A stretch of 64,000 bases of DNA from Antedon mediterranea. Lineage: Eukaryota; Animalia; Echinodermata. Below, one piece after another: positions 1 to 9,687 of this stretch; position 1 is the stretch's first letter; each line of letters begins with the position of its first letter. The stretch is from assembly GCF_964355755.1 (NCBI RefSeq), contig NC_092672.1, positions 38,446,437 through 38,510,436 of the forward strand, given 5' to 3'. A program made the translations under genes and the position numbers. Under the pieces are notes generated by a model. That model was given only the letters and a program-made list of their open reading frames with translations. It ran no database searches and had not been told where the DNA came from.

Positions 1-46
1 CGACGTGCGTGACCTCTATAATTATGAAAAACGAGGTGAACGGCCA

Positions 47-63
47 TGACCTCAGTTTGAACT
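47..63 (-). promoter_or_regulatory. Perfect DR5 nuclear-receptor element (RARE-type)
   Basis: Plus strand TGACCT cagtt TGAACT equals minus strand AGTTCA aactg AGGTCA. An extra TGACCT half-site lies at 10-15. Confidence 0.4.
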
Positions 64-344
64 CTATGCTTGGTTGATCAAGCTCCAGGGACCAAAACAG
101 ACGACGTCGTTCATAAATTAATTAATAATATTAATATCCATTCTTTTTATTTACACCTAATTTGGTATATAATTCGTTTATGCTCACAATTGATGAGTGA
201 CTATAGCAACTAAATAATACAGTCGGCCATAATAGGCGAGCTACTCCCGGCTAGCTTTTACGACAGTACTTATTTTGCCAATTGATTTAAACTAAGATCA
301 TTTTTGTATCCCTTTTCTACTAGCCTATTAATTCAGATGAAACA

Positions 345-580
345 TAACATTTATATTTATGTTTCTGTTTTCAAAGCAAAATCCGAGGCTCTCCCAGCAC
401 TAAAAGGTTCTGCCACAGCCATTTTGGGATGCATTGATGTGTGGTGGAAAGAGGGACGTATAATTCTGTGAACCCCCAAACACAGCATATCTTTAACTCT
501 ATTCCACCGACCAGCGTGGGAATCGAACCCACGACATTCGTGTTACTAACATGACGCTCAGTCGACTGAGCTAACTGGTC
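345..580 (-). mobile_element. Putative tRNA-derived SINE
   Basis: tRNA-like head followed by about 140 nt of body and an A-rich tail (AAACATAAATAAATATAAAT on the minus strand). Confidence 0.5.
508..580 (-). pseudogene. tRNA-like cloverleaf (tRNA-Ile-like body, anticodon position AGT); tRNA pseudogene or SINE head
   Basis: 73 nt: GACCAGT TA GCTC AGTCGACT GAGC G TCATG TTAGTAA CACGA ATGTC GTGGG TTCGATT CCCAC GCTGGTC G. Acceptor and T stems fully paired and B box intact. D loop lacks GG, one anticodon-stem mismatch, no nearby poly-T terminator. Confidence 0.7.
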
Positions 581-1506
581 ATCTTGCTTTTAACTGGGTT
601 AATATGTCTATTTATGACGTAATGATGAATTACGTAATACACGTATAATTAAATAGACTAATATCAGCTGTTCAGTCATGTACGGTTTGCTCAGTTTTTG
701 CATCTCTTAATTCGGTTCAATTTTTTTTTATGGAAAATGAAAATTTAAGTGGACTTTTAAAAAAAGTCTGAAATTGCTTCACTGTTTAGTACACTTGATG
801 GGCAGGAAAAGGTGTATAGCGCCCTCTATACGCCATACGCGATGTCTTGTGACGTGTAGAAAAAGTATTATAGTGCCCTCTATATGCCATACGTGATTCG
901 ATAGTAGCGTATTGTCTCTCATGAGAGATGATAAGAGTTAAATCTTATATATTTAATAGAACTAGCCTAATGATGCACAATAACCAAGCACAAATCTCGT
1001 ATTTCATCTCGCTTCCTCACAGTGGTTAATAATTGTTTATTTTAATTCCAAACTCAAATACGACTGCAATTAATTTTGCATATGATTTATGAGCGCGATT
1101 AAGATCCAATCAAAAAAGTAATTTTCTGTAATGAATCTATAGACACAATGGAATTGCATAAGAAAGACAAATCAGAGGATACAATTCAAATAAATGACAC
1201 TTAAAAATAATATTTTAAAAAAATGTTTTCCGTTCTGGCCGATTCCTTAACGATAATGATCGCATTGAACACAAAATAGCCTCATTGTTTAGGGGAACGA
1301 ACAATACATTATTTTAGAACATCATTAAAATAAAAAGCAATTAAGGTCTATACATATTATTATAAATAGACAAAGCTTAAAATTATTTTGAACATTCGCC
1401 GATTGTAAGCTTTGATAAACCACGAAGTTGGTCGTCTTCTGATAAAACAGAAAACTCTTTCTATGAGCATTTGACGTCATGCATTACGTATTTTCTGTTT
1501 CTCTAC

Positions 1507-2030
1507 TTTGTTCCCACTAACGACGCAACAAGGACGACGTAAAGCTTGGTTTCCCACAAGAGACGCAACGCAAGGACGACTTAAGTCTGTTTTCCTGTCG
1601 ACGTTATTCGACGCTATCGTTAACAATAATCGGCGATCATCTACGTAAACATTGAAATGTTAACGATTTACAGGAAAAGGTACTCGCTATTGTTATCATT
1701 TCAACTTGATCGTTTTCAAATGATCATCGTTGAACTGTTAACGATCAACGACGACAACGTCGAATAACGTCGACAGGAAAACAGGCTGTAAAGCTTGGTT
1801 CCCATTGAGACGAACCGCAAGGACGACTTAAAGCTTGGTTCCAACTGACGCTGACGCAACGCAAGGACGTAACGCAACGCAAGTGATTTGACGAATCACA
1901 AGCAAAAGATTATCAGACTGTCGCTTATCATTGAACCAAGCTTAGCGCAAAGCAAGCGTCAATTAGTTGTGGCGCTCTTACCATACGTCCTCCTGCGTTG
2001 AATTGCGCGGCGTCTTGTCATGGAAACGTT
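1507..2030. mobile_element. MITE family B (TIR AGCTTGGTTCCCACT..GACGCAACGCAAGGACG) with about 4 tandem left ends and a nested insertion
   Basis: Repeated about 40-bp TAAAGCTTGGTTCCCA...GCAAGGACGAC units, then body and a degraded right end. Confidence 0.75.
1584..1787. mobile_element. MITE family C, 204 bp, nested in family B
   Basis: 30-bp TIR AGTCTGTTTTCCTGTCGACGTTATTCGACG / CGTCGAATAACGTCGACAGGAAAACAGGCT (1 mismatch); flanks TTA/GTA. Confidence 0.85.
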
Positions 2031-3780
2031 GCTGTTTCGTACGATGTATATGTGAAACTTATTTAGGCATTATTATAAACGAAAATAATTCAATAATTCT
2101 TGGTTTAAAAAAAACTACGAGGCCTACTGTTTCAATATTTAGTTATTTTAGGTAATATAACAACCTGATCTACAACTAATAAACGTCTTCGTGGAATTCA
2201 TAAAATACCAAAATGAAAGTTATTAGTAGGTGGCCTAGTAATGTGATAACACTTTAACAGAGAATAACATATCTTGATGTAGTCGAGTACCTGATACAAT
2301 CCTTATTAAAACAACCAAGAAACAACTGTGTCTGTATTGTGGTATATCGTTACGAGTGTTTGTTTTCCACTACGGGTACTACGTATGCGTTTTGAAACTT
2401 AAGTACTTTTACTTATCTACAAATTTAGATTTAAATGGCATAACGACCCAAGACTATGTATCCAGCGTAGGAATTGCCCAGGGGCCTATGGTGTTCTGGG
2501 GCGTCGCTAATTTGCGCGTACTTGCACGCGTACCGCACCTGGACGACTGATCAAACCGGTAGATTAACACGTTTGCTATCATAAAAGTTGTTTAGTTCGG
2601 CCTAGAAATAATATTTGTATATGACAAACATCATAATTGCTCTAAATATGCCATATTTATCTGATTTCGTCCATACCTTATTAGTAAAAAATGATTGATT
2701 TATTCGTAATTTAAGAAATTAACAATTTTGATTTTTAGTTTGAGTGAATGATCGATACCAACCGCTACACACGTTTCTATCGTTTTGTGTATTATTATTA
2801 TTATTGTCAGCTGAATTTTAATTATAATAATATCTGCATAAAATAGTTTTTCTCAGACTGCTAACAGTTTGTCTAAGGAAGACGAAGCATTATTAAGACT
2901 GCACGCACGTACAAGAGAAACTGACGTAACATTATTTTAAATACGCAGACTTGACGCATGGAAGCGTGGATTGAAACGTTATCAAATAATTACCATAGTA
3001 TATTATTGTTGATAAACAATTCTATAGAATTATATTTATATTATTTACTTTATCGTTTTGATTTAGCTTTTCGCTTTTTTTTTTTTTGTATCTCCATTGA
3101 GATCCAACCACTGATACCACAGCATTGTCATTTGTTCAGTAATTTGCCTTTGGATTTATATTATTATTATTGTTATTATTATTTATATTACTGTTTTTTT
3201 ATATCTGTTAAACAAGAACGGCTATCGACATATTTTGTATTATTTGTGTTACGTTACATTTATTACATATTTCTTCACCAAGGTCAGTCATACGCGTTGA
3301 AAGCACTCTCACGTGTAGACTTGTTGGAAACGGCTGCCCTAAATAAACGAAAATATGACATACACAAAAGAAAACGTACACACACCTAACATATCTCAAA
3401 CACCATGTCTACTTGTGAAAGATCACAAGGGGCCTAACCTAGGGGCGTGACCTAATATCGCTGCCCGGGGAGTGGCGCCGAGCGGCTGAAGACAGTGAAA
3501 CCAAAGCTGGTACGAACACGATGGGGAGTGGGCTATGATAGGCGGCTCTCCCTACTAGAGATGAACAGAGCTTTACCGATCAGATTTCATGTACTTATCA
3601 CTCGACGTCGTCACAACATGTTTGTTGGATCATGTTGGTGTTTTACAGATTGAACAGAAAAGTATACATGAATGATAACAAAACGCTTTTAAACATCTAA
3701 CAATTTGCATCTTTGCAACATTCGTCCGGGGAAAACAACAATAAAGTGGTTGATACCGAATAAAAAACTGAACTGAATTG

Positions 3781-3918
3781 AACGCAACGTAAGTGCATCG
3801 TGCAACGCAAACAAATTGACCAATCAAAAGCGACAGTTCGGATGATTTATCGCATCGTGATCAAATTACTTGCGTTGCGCTTTACGTCCTTGTGTTGCGT
3901 CCTAGTGGGAACCAAGCT
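3781..3918. mobile_element. MITE family B copy, left end truncated
   Basis: Palindromic GCAACG/CGTTGC body ending TAGTGGGAACCAAGCT|taa. Confidence 0.75.
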
Positions 3919-4990
3919 TAAGTGCGACTCATGACAAGAATAGAAAGTTAGTATCGATTGATTGAAAGTTCGAGCGATTTATTATAATTTTGATCTAAAA
4001 CTTTATTCGATTATAACATTTAAAATATAACAAACACGGCGCTCTTTGCAATAAATCCCAAACACTTTCAGTTCCGTTGTCTTAAACAAGAGCTATATTT
4101 ACGAGGCTTATGGCTGAAAATATTCAGTTATTTTAACGTACGTCCAAACAAATAAATCTGAGGGTGTCGTGTGAACAGGGATATTGCATCATATATATAC
4201 CGTATGAACGCAGAATATATATATGATGATGTAGGTAGACCTTGTAGTGAGGTTTGTTAAACGGTGCATTATGTCAGTTATGTTTTTCCGCTGTGAACAT
4301 CGTTGATGATAATTGTCGCCCCCACTGTGTCCAAAAGCACTGTGATGCCGCAGAGTTGAGGCAGAGCGGTCCCGTGGAAGACATGCGAATAGCTAGCCAC
4401 CGCATTTACTGGTCACGTATAAGCATCTCGTGCCTCCTGGTGCTCTGACTAACGATTGTGATGTTTAGATAATGATTACCTCTCCGTTGAAGCAAAGTTA
4501 TGAACTGTAGGCCTATCGTAACCTTGGACTATTTTAAGGATGCGTGGTGTATCCATAACAGAAGCAAAACAAAATCTTTTAAATCTCTCGCTCAATGTCT
4601 GTCTAAATATTTACACCTGTATATTATAACGTTATAACCGCAATTTTATTCAAACAAAAGCTGTTTCTTTGTAGAAGTAAACTGATATGAGGAATACTAA
4701 TAAATACCATTTATTTATTTATTTATTTATTTAGCCTAATTATTACTCGGTCACGGTTTGGTTCTGTAAATACTTCATATTGGAGATTGATGCGGATAAG
4801 GCTGTAGAACAACAATATATAATTTTAAAATTTAAATTTTTCCTAAATTAGAGATATTTCTAATCTACATTTTATACTCATCATGGAATTCGTATTCATA
4901 TTCTTGTATTTTAAGTTTATTTCTGAAGTTTATTCGAGAGAAACAAACAATAATAAAAATGATAATAATACAAATAAATAGTTGCAAAAA

Positions 4991-5082
4991 GACATTCGAC
5001 TACAAACAAGGTATGAAAAGTACTGTATAAAAGAGAGACATTCGACTACAAACAAGGTATGAAATGTACTGTATAAAAGAGA
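4991..5082. repeat. 46-bp tandem duplication
   Basis: GACATTCGACTACAAACAAGGTATGAAA.GTACTGTATAAAAGAGA twice. Confidence 0.9.
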
Positions 5083-7117
5083 TTATTATGTATACATTGT
5101 CATGTTTTGCGCTCACTTTTATCCTTTCTTTTTCCATTTCCATTATATTTTCTTCCTCTTTTCTTTTACCATTTCCATGTGAGAGCACAGTATTTCCATT
5201 TTATACAATTCCCTTTCTTGTCTCATGGCTTCCCTTTCTCTCCTTCATGTTCCTTTTATTTGTTATTTTGGCCTTAACCTTACCATTGCAAGAGAAGAGA
5301 GCACAGGCAATTAGAGTATAGTCTAAAATGTTAAATACCATTTATTAGGCCTATTAAAAATAATTAAAAGCAACAGAAGATTTGTTTGTGTAAAGCAGCA
5401 AGTTAAGCCGTCAAACTCGCTCGAAATTCGGCATCGGATATTATTAACATAATTATACTACAATTCATAGTAAAGGAACTACGTTTGTCCAGAATGGTTG
5501 TTGACAAGTTCTATATAAATTCCTACTTAATTTACAAAAAATATGTTTGATACAAAGGTTCATCTTTCTTCGCCAAGTGTGTGTGGTAACTTATCGAGCC
5601 CCGTTAGCCCAGCTGTTGGTGTGTCACAAAGCGCAAGAAAGTCGGCTATTCGATGTTCACATCCGTGCACTGATGTTTGAGAGTGCGTTCGGCGGCTCGC
5701 TCAGCTGTTGCGTGGAAGCAGGCATGTTCAGCCCAGTTATAATTAAAGGGCAAAACAACCCAGGGTACATACATAAGGAACAGCCGCTGATGTGCCGATG
5801 GAATGTCCATAGCAGCCTATCATCTTTGTAGGATTTGGCCACCTTCGACACATTTCGTGCTGTTGGTCAACTTTGCTTTTGGCGTTTGACCAGTTATTTG
5901 GCTAAAATCATGGTTTGAGTATTAACGTTGCCTAAAGCTAGGGATGTTCTTTTTTAGGGGTCGTAAAATCAATTATTATCTTTATTAGTGAAGTCGATGT
6001 CCATGAAATCAAATTTATTTTTAAGATAAATTATTAACCTTCCACATCCAACCGTCTTCATGGTCTTAGATGAGTCGAATAGCTTTTCAGGTTACCAAGT
6101 GTGGTCATGATAGGAGGAGACCATATGAAAATAGTTTGGTAGTCCTAAACGATTCTGGATCGCTCCTCTCTTCTAATACAGGCCCGAACAAAATGTAAGC
6201 ATGCTACTATGACAATGACAATGACAACTTTTTTTTATTTTCTTTGTAAATAAAGTAGATAGATAAACGACAAAATTAACATTTATAATTACAAAATTGA
6301 TTTAAACAAAGAAAAGGGGAAAATTCTTGAAGCAGATACTTATAAAAGAAAAAAAACCATTTAAATATAAAATTCATTAATAAATGTAAATCAGCTCAAA
6401 ATAATAATTTTATAGAAGTTTTCCACTACTATAATTGCACAAGGACCCATGTCTATTATAGCACCCCTTTTGTTCTAGCTCATAAAATTCTGTTATTGAG
6501 TTAATCTTGAAATTAATAATTACTGAAGAAAAAACCTTGGTTGAATTCTTTGATTAATATTCTGATCCTGTTCTTAACTAGTGTTTCATTAGTCTGTGTC
6601 TAATGGCCCGAAACTAATGGTCTGTACACAAATCTGAAGTTTTATAGATATTAACACATCATTATAAAGTACTTGGGTCACGTGATTGGGAACATTTATA
6701 GATTAATTTTACGTAGCCTAGTACAAAATCACCGAGAAAAAACTGTAAAAATAAATACTGTAATACGGGGAAAAAGACAGTTATAATCAATAGGGCGGTT
6801 GAACTAGCTTTAACCTGGTTTGTTTTTATCTTGAAATTTGGCATTAGCATTTTTTTTTCCCACCCAATCTATTTCTCATTCTAGAAGTTTAGGTTATTCC
6901 TCATAATATAATATTTTTCATTTTACGCAATGACGTCATATAATATCATGCACTATTATTACTATTGCGCAGGTAAGATTAACTTAAGGTTTTACTAGTA
7001 AATATCCGATAGAGGGTGGGCTACATACGGTTTCTAGTCAATAGAGGGCAGTTTACATCCGGTTCTGGGTAATCAGTTTGTGGTATTCTTCAAGACCTCA
7101 AACGGTTCTTCGTTGGA

Positions 7118-7154
7118 GCACAATCATGGAGGTATAATACCTCCATGGTACAAT
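7118..7154. mobile_element. Candidate P-element-type excision footprint
   Basis: GCACAAT | CATGGAGGTAT A ATACCTCCATG (23 bp) | GTACAAT. Confidence 0.5.
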
Positions 7155-7540
7155 GAGTCTAAAGTGGTCATTCTTTCATGGGTCATATACCAGCGAGTTT
7201 AATAACTATAGTAGTATAATATAGACTATTTCGTTCTGCTTGCTGGTCACGTATTACGAGTGACCAAGACAAAGTGTCTCCTTCTTGCAATCGCACTTTT
7301 CTATCCAATAAAATGATGATCATCGTATAATTTCAAGCATTGTCATTTATAGTTTGTCAACCTAGAGAAAGGTGCATAAATACAATCTTTACTAGAAATT
7401 TGATGGCGTTATAGTCCTAGTCATGTGACCATTAATTAAACTCGGTAAGTTCATATAGTTTGCACGTCGCTAGCTGATAAACAGCACCGTTAACATGGCC
7501 CCGTAGCAGTTGTTATGCTTTGGGTGAGCCCCCCCCCCCC

Positions 7541-7624
7541 CCTCTACAGCGAGCCTCCACCCCTCTACAGCGAGCCTCCACCCCTCTACAGCGAGCCTCC
7601 TCCCCTCTACAGCGAGCCTCCACC
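7541..7624. repeat. 21-bp minisatellite, 4 copies, after a poly-C tract
   Basis: CCTCTACAGCGAGCCTCCACC repeated. Confidence 0.9.
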
Positions 7625-8657
7625 AACGACATGTCCAATACGCATTTCTGATTCGATGTCTGTCATAGCAATTTGCCTTTTAAACGTTGTCCGATCCTGG
7701 CTACGGCTCTGCATTAGACCCTCTTTATTCTCTTATTAGTCATCTGAGTCTAGTATTGTCTTGGTTCTTTCCCTGTATCCTCGCTGCAGCCACTATACTC
7801 GCCTCTTTTATTTAAGGACTCGTATCCATTCATGTATTCTAATTATTTTCACATAACACACAACTTAAACAGTAAAATGGAAAGAATACGGTAAAAGACC
7901 AATAAAAAACTTGATTTTCCGTCGTTAAAATGTTGTTGAACTTTACACACCAAGACTCGAGTGTCGAAGCAAGAATCTGGTGGTCCGTTGAAACAAACGT
8001 GATTCGAAAATAACAAGTTGCCTTGGCCTAATCAATGTATTATTTCACTGCTAATCTCCGTAGAATATCGGAGACATAAATACATATGAAACGACATTCG
8101 AAGCACTCGGAACATGGACGCAATATCCTTTAGTCTCCGTGGACTACGTAAAGGTGTGAAAACCAACAACTCAGTAGCTGACTACGTTGACAATATTAAC
8201 ACTCGATGCAATGAAGCGTAGGGCCATCGAGACAGGTAATGGTTTTCATAAATTCAGAAGAGAGCATTAATATGGGACATAGTCGCTAGTCTCCATTCAT
8301 GAATATTCATGAACAATGACTATACTCTTTAACTAACTAACAAGTCAGTAAAGACGATCAACTTTTACCTAATCATACAGGTAGGCGTAGGACCTAACAA
8401 TCACCATATGCAATAAAAAAGCTAAAACAAAGTTACTCAGCGGGTATGAGGCGCAATGTGTCAATTTGTTATGATATAAAAAAATAGTCATTCAAAAATG
8501 AACGCGTCTCATACTCATCTCATACTCAACAGAAACAGAAAGTATAGTTTTTAATGGATAATAATTGTGTGTGAAAAATTGTTGGAAGTTTGGTGCGTCA
8601 ACTATTGCGTTTCAACGAGTATATTAGTTGACAATCGATATATTTCCTCTTTCGTTA

Positions 8658-8803
8658 AGCTTGGTTCCCACTAACGACGCAACGCAAGGACTTAACGCAA
8701 CGTAAGTGGTTTGACCAATCACAAACTATGGATTATTGTCATTCGCCAACTCGCTTGCGTTGCGCCTACATTTTTGCGTTGCGTCTCAAGTGGGAACCAC
8801 AAG
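8658..8803. mobile_element. MITE family B copy
   Basis: tta|AGCTTGGTTCCCACTAACGACGCAACGCAAGG ... TTGCGTTGCGTCTCAAGTGGGAACCA. Confidence 0.8.
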
Positions 8804-9637
8804 TGTGGGTTACGTTTAACACGGACTGAACTTCATAGTTGTAATTGCTAAATAAGTGTTCAGTGTTTAGGCTACTCTTTAAAAGATATATTACAAAAGT
8901 TTTAAATGATTGACGTATGGCATTCATTGACTATAGAATTCGGCACCATTTTGGCAACCCTATCCGAACTCTATCCAGTGACAACTTACCGATTCGGACA
9001 CATGTTCCAAGAAATCGGCTGTATATTATTATTTGAAGATACCGCCACCGTCACAGAAAGTACACGGCACCTCGGTGCGTATATACCACGTGACCACCTA
9101 GTCAACATATGTGTTGGATAATAATACACTACGTAGCTGTCATTTTAAATTGTGTTGTTCATTTTGACGACCGACGCTCCAAACGCTGCCAAACGACCAG
9201 CAGAGCGGGAGAGTGTCCCGTGTCAACCCCTGTAATATTTGGCCTACAAACTTCACATACACAGTCGAATTGTTTCGATTTTATCGTAAATTTGACGGCG
9301 TAGTTTCCAACATGAATGTTGTTTTAATGTCTTGAATTATGTCAAATGAAAATATGAAGGTCAAATATGCCAACATTGTCGAAACTGTCAAAATTGGCAG
9401 TGACGTCATCATAACTAACGCCACATAGATATGGATTGAACATTAATAACGAATAAAACACGAATAAAATACTAATTATAAGCGGAAATATTTATTTACT
9501 TTTAGCATGCACAACAGCGTTTAAAATGCATGAAACGAAATAAACACGAGCCTCGAACAGAATTCCAGTTATATTAGTAGCAGGCCTAATACCAATAGGC
9601 CTACCACATTATAATTTACAGGCCCACATGTGCTATA

Positions 9638-9687
9638 CTTATACCATGAACCTATAAATTAGATTTATAATAGGTCCATGCTTATAC
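9638..9687. mobile_element. Candidate P-element-type excision footprint
   Basis: CTTATAC | CATGAACCTAT...ATAGGTCCATG (36 bp) | CTTATAC. Confidence 0.55.

Noticed and set aside
2958-3389. 143-aa Tyr/Phe/Leu-rich ORF
   Set aside because: Composition follows low-complexity T-rich and (TTA)n DNA; no recognisable domain.
7515-7739. ORF with PPPLYSE repeats (PPxY-like)
   Set aside because: Translation of a 21-bp minisatellite next to a poly-C run; no splice or homology support.
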